A stretch of DNA of 61,965 bases, filler included, from Dugesia japonica (Eukaryota): assembly GCA_001938525.1 (NCBI GenBank). It is 6 parts of 6 records of this genome, joined end to end, with 100 filler letters (N's around TTAATTAATTAA, not from the genome) between each part and the next. Parts side by side here need not be neighbours in the genome. Positions count along the whole stretch, not along the records: positions 8,500 to 25,770 come from MQRL01583722.1; positions 25,871 to 34,874 come from MQRL01320917.1; 4 more parts are not named here. The stretch is one strand, 5' to 3'. Shown piece by piece: positions 24,474 to 33,949 of this stretch. Within the stretch, counting starts at the first letter, position 1, and every line of letters starts with the position of its first letter. Under the pieces are notes generated by a model. It did no database searches. It was not told the DNA's origin and was given only the letters and a program-made list of their open reading frames with translations. The position numbers were made by a program, and so were the translations under genes.

Positions 24474-24657
24474 TGTTGGGGTTCCACCTGAGTAGGAGGA
24501 AGAAGAATGTGGCTGGGGAAAAACAGCCCTCAGGGGAACCTTTCAAGAATTTAACCTAACGTCCCTAGGTTAGATATTCAGCTTATGGTGGTTGACCTCT
24601 CGCTTAATGAGAGGTGCGCACCCATAGGCCTTTTGATTTGGGTTCACTATTTTCCCT
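24474..24657 (-). ncRNA. Novel structured RNA motif, copy 4
   Basis: Closest to copy 1; ACCUCUC/GAGAGGU, AUCUAAC/GUUAGGU, GGCUG/CAGCC. Confidence 0.7.
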
Positions 24658-24721
24658 ATTATCACGAATTTATTAAAGGTGAAAAGGAGTTGAACAAGAA
24701 AAACTTTATTTCATAAGAAAA

Positions 24722-25104
24722 CTAGAGGAGATCTAATGCCCCAGGGTCTAGCCACTGGCTTGGATCCGTCGTTGAAAAGTTAAAGGCGGCTATATCATCA
24801 TCATCGTTCCACTGTAACCAAGAGAGATTACCAATCTGGCGAGAAAGATCTTCGATATACTGTTTCAGGAAGTCGATTTTCCCTTGCAATAACAGTTGGG
24901 CTTGATTCTCTAAAGCCTTAGTTCGAGTGGCTAAATCGTTTTGCTTTTTTACTATCAAATCTAGTTTTTTTATCATTTGGTCCCTTTGCGCCAGGTGTTT
25001 TAATAACGCTCGGTCGGTTTTACGTTTTAACTGTCTTTCGATGAGTAGGCGACGCATTATCCGGTGACACCATCGTAAGCTGTTCGGAAATGTGATCCGT
25101 GGCA
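24722..25104 (-). CDS. Cassette ORF B, copy 4 (intact)
   Basis: catctag|TG CCA CGG ATC; 127 aa; AATAAA at ~24705. Confidence 0.8.
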
Positions 25105-25235
25105 CTAGATGAAGAAGTATTAATGAAAAGAAATTATTAATTTATTTTATATAGAACGAAACTCCCCTAATCAAATCAAAATAAGACACACAAAGGTAAG
25201 GATTTACGAACTAATCATTTATTTGCAAATATAGT

Positions 25236-25606
25236 CTAGTCATTTGATATAGNNNNNNNNNNNNNNNNNNNNNNNNNNNNNNNNNNNNNNNNNNNNNNNN
25301 NNNNNNNNNNNNNNNNNNNNNNNNNNNNNNNNNNNNNNNNNNNNNNNNNNNNNNNNTGGCTGGACCGGATGATCTCGGCAAAAGATTCAACTTGTTTCTT
25401 CCACACCCGTTCTTGCATGTGGGAGGCTTCGGCTTCTTTTCTAAACACGATACATTTTTTTTTGTATCGGAGTATTTTTGCGGTGGCCACCTCCGCCTCC
25501 CAACGACGCTTCGCGAGGCGGTATAGGTCCCAAGTCATCTCTTGGTCCTCGCTGGTGCTTCTCATCTTTTTAGTGGGAGCCGATGGACGGTTCAGGGAGG
25601 AATGCA
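25236..25606 (-). CDS. Cassette ORF A, copy 4 (3' part in gap)
   Basis: tttatag|TG CAT TCC; HSSLNRPSAPTKKMR...WDLYRLAKRRWE. Confidence 0.7.
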
Positions 25607-27076
25607 CTATAAAATTGTAAATATTTGCTAAAGTATTGTTATTACATTTATTGAAGCACACAACACTTAAAAATACACTCTTATATTAATATATCTAGAA
25701 ATTTTCTTTTTATGTATGAACAAAACTAGGTGCGATTATCATTAAAAAGAGACACTTATTTATTTACGATNNNNNNNNNNNNNNNNNNNNNNNNNNNNNN
25801 NNNNNNNNNNNNNNTTAATTAATTAANNNNNNNNNNNNNNNNNNNNNNNNNNNNNNNNNNNNNNNNNNNNTAGAACTGTTTATTAAAATCCTTGAAATAC
25901 ATTATCCAACACTCAAAGATGCCATCAAATACTGTGCACCTGAAGTCATTTTGATAAAAATAAAGGATATAACTGGAGTGGATATCAATGATGTCATNNN
26001 NNNNNNNNNNNNNNNNNNNNNNNNNNNNNNNNNNNNNNNNNNNNNNNNNNNNNNTATTTTAAAAAGAAAATTTATTGATATAATTTATGGTTTTAGTCAT
26101 AAATAAAGACAATAATTGTATTTTAATTAAATTTTATGTTGTATTGATGTTAAATAAAAATTTTAATTTGACTTGACTTTGAATTGAAACATTGACTTTA
26201 ATTTAAAATATTTGTTTTCTTTACATAATGTGTTACAAAAAAATTTCAAAAAAAAAATTTGTAAATAAAAAATTTTTTTAAAAAAAATATTTTAAACAAA
26301 AAAAAATAAATAAAAATTTAAAAAACAAAATTTATAAAAAAAAATTTCAAAAATTTATTTTCTAACCTCCCCTCCCCCTGGGGGGTTGATCTAGAAATTT
26401 TTTTCTTTGTTTGTTTGGACATAGAAATTTTTTTAGTTACTGGAATAGTTACAGGAATTCCAATTATATATTCAATTGCTCATGGATCTTTGAGAGTTGA
26501 ATGAAGTTAAATGCATGTTGAACAAATGGCGCAGCAAAAAGCTAAGTTTATGGCGGAGCTCGAGACAATGAAGTTGCAATAAACNNTGAAGGAGAGCCTT
26601 ATACACATGATGGAGATAGAGAGGAATAAAATGCATGACGTTTATGAGACGATGATGAAAGGAACGTTAGTAGAGTGTAAAAGGCGCAATTTGGCAAAGA
26701 CCCCCAAACCATAAAATTTAATTTTTTTTAAGAAAAAGTTCGGGGTTGAAAAAATTGCGTTTTTTGCCGTCAAAAGATGAACAAAAGACTAAAAACTAGT
26801 AAAAATGAGCAAAAAATCAAAAAGTGAAAAATCATGATTTTATACCTGAAATTTTCTAGGGGGGAAATTGAAACTTGCAAATTTTTTTTTATAAAAATCA
26901 GTTTTGAGCTTGAAGCAAAAAAAATAAGAAAAAAAGAGTTGGCTGAAAATTAGTTAAATTTTTTTTTTTTTAATGTTAATGAGTTCTTGGTCTAATCATA
27001 CTTTTTACACTCTACTTGCGAGTTGAAATGTCGCTTGTTGTTTATTTTTTGTCGTTTATCGTTTGTAGTTTATCGT

Positions 27077-30000
27077 TTAATATCCAAATGGTAATGTAGT
27101 TATTCCATCTTCTAGAATAAATCTTTTATCATCAAATGAAGTTAGTGCTTTTTTATTTTGTTCAGTTTGTTTAACTTGATGTATTTTAGAATTTATAGAA
27201 TAGTTTGTTCCAGTTATTACTAAATTATTATACAAAACTTTTTTATATTGATTAGCTGTAAAGTTGTTTGTATTACTAATTCCTTTATGTTTCTTTAAAT
27301 CTTTCTTTTCTTTTACAAGATAATAAGATTTTGCTTTTAAAAAGAATGCTTCTTTAATTATTTCATTTGGATATTCATCCTTCATTTGAAACAAATTATT
27401 ACCAAATAGATTTGAAATTTGTGTTTTCCTATCAAATTCTTTCCAATTAATCTTTGGATGTATAAACTCAATCATTAAAGAATCTGTATCAGAGTAATGT
27501 ATTTTCCACTGTTCTTTATTGAATGAGTTTGGAATTCTTTTATTTAATTGGTTATAAACAAAATCGTACATGATTAATTTTGCGTAATCTAGAACAAAGA
27601 ATCCTATATATTGAAATTTATTGTAAGTGATTAAATTTTTAAATGATTTAATTAAAGCAACTTGTTCATTAATTATAATTGAAGACTTATAACTTGGTTT
27701 AGAAACTTGATTTAATAATTCTTTTTTAGTCCTTGATATAAATAAATTAATCCTATTTCTAACATTTTCAAGAGTTTTGCCAAAGAAGGCATTATTTAAT
27801 AGTTTAAAGAATGAATTTCCGAAATCATCATTATCAACTTTTGCTGCATCTCTTGAATTAATATTTGATTGTATATAATCTTTTAACCAATATTTAGTTG
27901 GAATCTTTATTTTACTATGTACTTTTGATAAAACCATTCCTTGATCAAGATATAAATCCAAAACTTGTCCTAGAACTACATAATTGTATTTATTTTTCTG
28001 AGTCATTATTAATTTTTCACTATTGGATTGTTTTTGATTATTTATTTTTAATAAATGCTGTTGGTAATCACTTAAATCATCATAACTAATTGAATTTTTT
28101 TCTACAGCTAATGGATAATATTTTGTCTTTTCTTTAATATTTTCTGGATAAATTAAATCAACTGTATAGATGTAATCCATGTAAATTTTCTCTCCAAGTT
28201 CATTAACTGTATAATTATCATTAGTTNTAACATAAGTTTTGTCATTATCCCAACTCATTTCACCCCAAGGTAATCGTTTTGTCATTGATGCAGCATACAA
28301 ACTATTCTCATCTAAACATTTTAGTGTGTGATTTTCATCGGCCACTACATGTCGATTTCCACATACTCCTGAAAATCCACCTCGAATTCCTTGTTCAATA
28401 GTTAGAAACATGTCAAAGTTGGAAGGATTAGCATTTAATAATTTAACTTTTGATACTTTCATTCCAATTTCCCATGTAAGTCCTGGTGCAGAATAACAAT
28501 AAGTCGGATCAATTTCATTCCTATCTAGTGATAATTTTCTAAAGTTTTCGAAAAAGTCTGTAAGAATTATTACATCGAGTTTCATGTAATGTAATGTATA
28601 ATCAAATAAATTATTAAAATTTGAATAATCTTTTAGAAATGTTTGATAATCAGATTCTGAAAGTTTAGATTGTCGTAATACATTAAAAAAGTCATCAATA
28701 TTTGGATAATAATTTATTAATTTTTTCTTAACTTCTAAATAATTTTCACCAGTTACATAATCATATGGATAAATTCCTTTACAAGGTTTTAGATTAAATT
28801 TATCCAAATGAGGATGATTTTTACTTTTTAATAAATCTTGTCCCATTTTTTCAATTGAATGTCCACTACACATTCTTAAAGAATCAAGAAATCTTAATCT
28901 TTCTATAGAAAATGTTATGTAGACATCATCATTTAATGGAATTAGATTACTAATTTTGTCTGGATGAGATTTACACAATTCCTTAAAAATAAAATGATTA
29001 TCAAATTTACTAGAATTATGTGCATAAACTGGAACAAAATACTTTTTAATATTTTCATTTTTCTTGATACAATCAGCATGTGCATATCCTCTAGAAGATC
29101 CTGTCCAAGGATTGAGTGAAAGTGAGTCGCACTGTGGTGTATTTAACTCACAATAATAACACTTATCGCTGGACGCTAGATGAAGATCCTTATCAAGTAG
29201 TGGAAAAGAAGAGTATGATTTATTAATTAATTGTTCAAATAAATCATTAAATCTTAATAACCAATCGATGAATTTGGAAATACATTTAGGTCCTGTGAAA
29301 GATTTATAAATATTTTCAACTAATGGATGATCACTTACTAGATATAATCCTAAAGCAAATGGAATTAATTCATTTGATGAACCATCAGACTTTAGTTTAT
29401 AAGTTTCTATATCAAAGTAGATTGCAAATGGATTTTTGTTTTTCATACAAAACTTATTAAAAGAATATGATTTATTAAAAGTGAATTTAATTTCTGCTGT
29501 TTTCTGTTTTAAACAAAGTATTTGATGATTAATTAATGATTGTTTATCTCTTTTCCAGTTCATGCAATTAATACACAATTCATTACAATGTTTAGATTTA
29601 TTATTTATTTTGTTGAGATTTCTAATTAAAATGTAGTGGTTATTGAATAATAACAAATTACATTTCCTAACTGTGTGATGAGGATTAGTTTCAAATTGTG
29701 ATGAATATAGTTTTTGAATTGTTGGACTAGTTTTACTTGGAATTATCTCAAAGATATTAACTTGAAAATCATTTAATCTTTCAAATTTTGGAATATTTTT
29801 TATATCCATTGGCATTGTTATTCCATTCCAAATTAAATCATCTTTAAATTGATAATTGATTACCAAATCATTTAATAAAGGATTAAGATGTGCCATTATA
29901 CAATATTTAAAACAGTTGAAATCACCTTCTGGATTCTTGATATTTAAAATTCCAGGAATATTTTTCCATATAATAGGCAATGGGAAATATCCTTGACCAA

Positions 30001-30832
30001 CTAGAGATTCATAATTAGATAGTTCAATTGTGAAAGAATTAAACTTTTCAAATGACCAACCTGATCCTTGAATCTCTGTTGTAAAAATATCCTCTGAAAG
30101 TTGATCCAACATTTTATCAATTGTTTCATTAATTTGACTAGTCATTGTTATTTTCTGTGAATGTGTATCATAATCCTTTATCCAATTTTGATTAGTTGTA
30201 CTATCTGCTCCAACAAAATCTTTTGTATATGTTGTACTACAAGTTATTGAAACTGCAACCTTTTGAAATTTATCAAGAAAAATATTAACCATTTCTTTCA
30301 TACTTGATGAATATTCTTTCAAAAGGTTAAAATTAATTATGTGATTAAACTGTTGTATATTCTCAATATCTGGTTGACTTTCATTTTTATAGATTAAAAA
30401 ATCATGTTTTAATTTAATCATTGATTGTTGACATGTTTCTACTTGATAATTTCCTATTGGTTTAATATATTCTCTGAATAAATTTCTAATATTAAAAGAA
30501 GGTTCTTCATCTTCAGAATCTGTAGAATCTTCTATATTACTTTCTGCTACTTTATTAATATGTTTACGTCCATTTAAATGTCTGTTATAGTTTACAATAT
30601 TATCAAAATTCATGTTACAAATGTGACATCTTCTCCAAGAATTTCCTTGATTAATTGATTCTATTTTTCTTAAATGAGCTCTACCTTTGAGATGAGTTTC
30701 TAAATGATAATTTGATCTAAAAGATTGATTACAGATTTCACAAAATTTATCAATGAATGCCACAAATGGCGTGGAACATAGTTGATGGAGATGATGTAAC
30801 CGCGGCATTATTGGGATTTTGGTTCCCAACAT
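27077..30832 (-). CDS. Protein-primed family B DNA polymerase (pPolB) with two N-terminal zinc fingers
   Basis: ExoI FDIET, ExoII YAHNSSKFDNHF, ExoIII YMKLDV, motif A LDENSLYAASM, motif B KLLNNAFFGKTLEN, motif C YSDTDSL, plus IRGGFS, LKAKSY, KGI and DDKR. Confidence 0.97.
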   Translation of the reverse strand: MLGTKIPIMPRLHHLHQLCSTPFVAFIDKFCEICNQSFRSNYHLETHLKGRAHLRKIESINQGNSWRRCHICNMNFDNIVNYNRHLNGRKHINKVAESNIEDSTDSEDEEPSFNIRNLFREYIKPIGNYQVETCQQSMIKLKHDFLIYKNESQPDIENIQQFNHIINFNLLKEYSSSMKEMVNIFLDKFQKVAVSITCSTTYTKDFVGADSTTNQNWIKDYDTHSQKITMTSQINETIDKMLDQLSEDIFTTEIQGSGWSFEKFNSFTIELSNYESLVGQGYFPLPIIWKNIPGILNIKNPEGDFNCFKYCIMAHLNPLLNDLVINYQFKDDLIWNGITMPMDIKNIPKFERLNDFQVNIFEIIPSKTSPTIQKLYSSQFETNPHHTVRKCNLLLFNNHYILIRNLNKINNKSKHCNELCINCMNWKRDKQSLINHQILCLKQKTAEIKFTFNKSYSFNKFCMKNKNPFAIYFDIETYKLKSDGSSNELIPFALGLYLVSDHPLVENIYKSFTGPKCISKFIDWLLRFNDLFEQLINKSYSSFPLLDKDLHLASSDKCYYCELNTPQCDSLSLNPWTGSSRGYAHADCIKKNENIKKYFVPVYAHNSSKFDNHFIFKELCKSHPDKISNLIPLNDDVYITFSIERLRFLDSLRMCSGHSIEKMGQDLLKSKNHPHLDKFNLKPCKGIYPYDYVTGENYLEVKKKLINYYPNIDDFFNVLRQSKLSESDYQTFLKDYSNFNNLFDYTLHYMKLDVIILTDFFENFRKLSLDRNEIDPTYCYSAPGLTWEIGMKVSKVKLLNANPSNFDMFLTIEQGIRGGFSGVCGNRHVVADENHTLKCLDENSLYAASMTKRLPWGEMSWDNDKTYVXTNDNYTVNELGEKIYMDYIYTVDLIYPENIKEKTKYYPLAVEKNSISYDDLSDYQQHLLKINNQKQSNSEKLIMTQKNKYNYVVLGQVLDLYLDQGMVLSKVHSKIKIPTKYWLKDYIQSNINSRDAAKVDNDDFGNSFFKLLNNAFFGKTLENVRNRINLFISRTKKELLNQVSKPSYKSSIIINEQVALIKSFKNLITYNKFQYIGFFVLDYAKLIMYDFVYNQLNKRIPNSFNKEQWKIHYSDTDSLMIEFIHPKINWKEFDRKTQISNLFGNNLFQMKDEYPNEIIKEAFFLKAKSYYLVKEKKDLKKHKGISNTNNFTANQYKKVLYNNLVITGTNYSINSKIHQVKQTEQNKKALTSFDDKRFILEDGITTLPFGY

Positions 30833-30932
30833 TCACATTGGAACTAATTACATTCATTGAGTTAAAATTATTAATTAACATGTTCATTTCTTAAACAAAT
30901 AGTTTGGTTCAAGGGGTCGTACATCTACTTGT

Positions 30933-31661
30933 TCATTTTTTTTTACTAGTCAATTTTTTATAAATTTTTTTTTTATCATGTTGAATCTGATTGGAAATTT
31001 GGTTCATCAATATTGGAAATGATTTTGCAAATTGATCCAACTGCTCAACTATATTATCTTGTTGACTTGCAGGCAACTTGCTTACATCTTGACTTGCAGT
31101 CAACTTTAAAAGTTGTTCTTTAAGTTTATTAATTATATCTTTACTAATTTTAATTTCTTCATTACTCAATTCATTATCCTCTAAAGCCTTTGTGTGAAAG
31201 AGGAATAATTTATTTTTAGTTTCTTCTAATAATTTAATTTTACTGTTATACTTTTCAATTTTATTTTTTATTAAACTAACTCTCAAAGATCCATGAGCAA
31301 TTGAATATATAATTGGAATTCCTGTAACTATTCCAGTAACTATTAAAGGTATTGTAAAAGATAAAGTTGTCATTAATATTATTGTTCCTGAAGCAATACC
31401 TACAAGCGTAGAAATACCAACATCTGTAAATCTAACTCCACTGTCAAACTTTGACCATCTTCTTTTTAATTTTCTATAATGTTTTAGTTTATCTTCTATC
31501 CATTCTAGATCATTCTCAAAATCTTTAATTCTTGTTTGGTTTAATTTATTTTTCAAATCCTGTATGGTTGTAGGCATCAACTTTTTAGTATCATTATCAA
31601 AATCAAAATCATTATTTAAATCTGGGTATAGGTTACTAGATGATAGGTTACTTGCTTCCAT
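30933..31661 (-). CDS. Polinton membrane-associated protein (coiled coil, hydrophobic hairpin, KALEDNELSNEE); possibly the adintovirus GasderminX class
   Basis: Two adjacent hydrophobic segments flanked by basic coiled coils; family assignment is from recollection. Confidence 0.6.
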   Translation of the reverse strand: MEASNLSSSNLYPDLNNDFDFDNDTKKLMPTTIQDLKNKLNQTRIKDFENDLEWIEDKLKHYRKLKRRWSKFDSGVRFTDVGISTLVGIASGTIILMTTLSFTIPLIVTGIVTGIPIIYSIAHGSLRVSLIKNKIEKYNSKIKLLEETKNKLFLFHTKALEDNELSNEEIKISKDIINKLKEQLLKLTASQDVSKLPASQQDNIVEQLDQFAKSFPILMNQISNQIQHDKKKIYKKLTSKKK

Positions 31662-31686
31662 TTTTTATTAAATAATTTGAGCTTAA

Positions 31687-32868
31687 TCAAAACTTTTTAG
31701 TTGATATTATTAAAGATTTAAAAAAAGTATCTTCACTAATGGATATTGAAAACTTTAACCATTTTGTCCAATTTTTAGAATTTCCATTATTTATTTCTCT
31801 ACTATTAATATAAAATAATCTTGATAAATTATTATCAATTTTTGTTTTATAAATAAAGTTTTTAAAAACTACTGGAGTAGATTCATTTTTTATTAAAACT
31901 TCATTAGTCATATGAAAAAGACCTTCATCTTCATTTTTTTCTGGAAAGCCAAATATAAAAAGGAAATATAATTCTTCTTCTTCTTTTAATAATTCAAAAT
32001 TAAATGATACATCTTTTTCTAATAGATAATAAGTATTCCCTTTTCCTTTATCAAAATAATATCCATCTCTATATGCAGTAAATCTTTTAATTTTATAAAT
32101 TACAACACATGGTAAATCATCAATAACTTTATCTATTGTTAATTTAAATAATACATTATTATTTTTTATTTCATCTTTCTCTAATGCATAAGGAAAATAA
32201 TTTTCTAATGAATCTTTCAACTCTGTGATTAATTTAGGTGAATAAAGTTTCTTTTTTCTTCTTTCTTCTTTCAACTTGGTTATTATCTTGTAAAGATATT
32301 CTCTATCATTTTGATACATGTGTTTTCTTAAATAAAATATTGATTCAAATCTAGGTAATGGATCGTTTTTAGTTTGTACATAAAAATCAAATTCATATTT
32401 TAATTTATCAAACTGATTTTGAATGTCATTACATTTATCTTGACCACATTTACTTGTCAACTTTTCAATTTGTTTAATCAAGAGATTAGCATTAGCATAT
32501 ACTTTACTCATGTAATCATTATTAACTTTATTAATCATATTATTTAATTGAAATATCATGATACTTTTAAAATTAATAAATTCCTTTTTCCTATCACTCA
32601 AGTGAACTTTGTTAGTTTCCAATAAAGTATCAATAGTAACTTGTTGTTTAACTATTTTTCCAGTTAACTGTTTAACCACTTTATCAACATATTCTCTATC
32701 ATCATATTTTTTATTTCTAATTTCTTCTTCATTCGAATGAATCTTTAATTTTAAATTAATTTTGCTTTCCACTTTACCATCAAATGCTTCTAGTAATTGG
32801 TTAGTATTTTTATTGTCCAATGTTTCACCAAACCTATTCATTATAACATTTGAAAAGCTGTGAGTCAT
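31687..32868 (-). CDS. Polinton orphan protein, 393 aa
   Basis: Intact ORF starting 3 bp after the protease stop; helical N-terminus, aromatic beta-rich C-terminus. Confidence 0.75.
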   Translation of the reverse strand: MTHSFSNVIMNRFGETLDNKNTNQLLEAFDGKVESKINLKLKIHSNEEEIRNKKYDDREYVDKVVKQLTGKIVKQQVTIDTLLETNKVHLSDRKKEFINFKSIMIFQLNNMINKVNNDYMSKVYANANLLIKQIEKLTSKCGQDKCNDIQNQFDKLKYEFDFYVQTKNDPLPRFESIFYLRKHMYQNDREYLYKIITKLKEERRKKKLYSPKLITELKDSLENYFPYALEKDEIKNNNVLFKLTIDKVIDDLPCVVIYKIKRFTAYRDGYYFDKGKGNTYYLLEKDVSFNFELLKEEEELYFLFIFGFPEKNEDEGLFHMTNEVLIKNESTPVVFKNFIYKTKIDNNLSRLFYINSREINNGNSKNWTKWLKFSISISEDTFFKSLIISTKKF

Positions 32869-32871
32869 TTC

Positions 32872-33369
32872 TTACAGCCAATCTTTGAAAGTAGTTTTCA
32901 ATTCTCTAATTACTAAATCAAATTTCTGATTAGTTGCAACTCCAGCAATTTTATAAATAAAGTAAACACACAACACTCCACATATTTTAGTTTTCCAAGG
33001 AACTCTATAACTGTTCCATTTTAAAGAACAATTTGAAATCTTTACAATACATTCTAATGGAGGTAAGCCATAAGAATCAAAATAAAAACCTTGTAGTTTG
33101 GTAGTCAGTTTACTGTCAGTAGTACACCGCTGAACGTAGGCAACCCAATGACTTCCTTTTTGATTTGTATTTTGATAGTTTATTATAAAACAAATAATTG
33201 TATTGTTGTTCGTTGGTTGCTTATTTAAATAATCTTCCATTTCATTTTTCATTAACACATAAACTGGACAATTGAATTGTAAGAATTTAACAAAATCTAT
33301 CAAATCAAAATTAGTAGTTGTTGTTATGCCAAATGTTTTTAAAAAGTCTATTATATTATATGAAGTCAT
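32872..33369 (-). CDS. Adenain-like cysteine maturation protease
   Basis: IINY...GSHWVA...YFDSYGLPP...ICGVLC (His-Asp-Cys triad). Confidence 0.93.
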   Translation of the reverse strand: MTSYNIIDFLKTFGITTTTNFDLIDFVKFLQFNCPVYVLMKNEMEDYLNKQPTNNNTIICFIINYQNTNQKGSHWVAYVQRCTTDSKLTTKLQGFYFDSYGLPPLECIVKISNCSLKWNSYRVPWKTKICGVLCVYFIYKIAGVATNQKFDLVIRELKTTFKDWL

Positions 33370-33386
33370 TTTTTAACCAACATCTT

Positions 33387-33947
33387 TCATCTAACTTGTC
33401 TTAAATGAATTAAGATGTTTATTTTTTCACCATCAAAGTCTATTGTATTAAAATTCTCATCTACTATATTTATTTTTATTCTAGATATAAAATCTGTATT
33501 AATTTGAGAGTAAATTGGATTCGCTGGTCTGTCAGTTATCCTATATCCATAAGGAACTGTTCCCATTGGTAAACTATGTAATAAATTATATTCTTTACTA
33601 TTTAAATAATTACCTTGTACAATATTACAAATAATATTAATTGTGTTGATGTCAATAATATTAATTTTATTATCTGAAATAAAAGTCTTGTCTTTTGTAA
33701 GCTGATAGCCACTAGCTAAAACATTATATCCTAATATGGTATGAAAAAAAGAAGTATTATCAAATTCAAGGTTTACATCACTTTTGTTTGCACATAATTG
33801 GATAAAAGCTTTACCTGTTGATATATGAAAAGTTAATTGAATATGATCGACAGCCAACCGCTCAGCTATTTGCTTAATTTCATGTTGCATTAATTGAAAA
33901 TTCATTCTTGGGAATGTATTTATTCCGAGTAAATCTATTCTTATCAC
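33387..33947 (-). CDS. Minor capsid protein (penton), 5'-truncated
   Basis: ILGY...INIICNIVQGNY...LLHS...IKINIVDENFNTIDFDGEKINILIHLR, typical of the Polinton penton C-terminus. Confidence 0.85.
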   Translation of the reverse strand: MIRIDLLGINTFPRMNFQLMQHEIKQIAERLAVDHIQLTFHISTGKAFIQLCANKSDVNLEFDNTSFFHTILGYNVLASGYQLTKDKTFISDNKINIIDINTINIICNIVQGNYLNSKEYNLLHSLPMGTVPYGYRITDRPANPIYSQINTDFISRIKINIVDENFNTIDFDGEKINILIHLRQVR

Positions 33948-33949
33948 TA

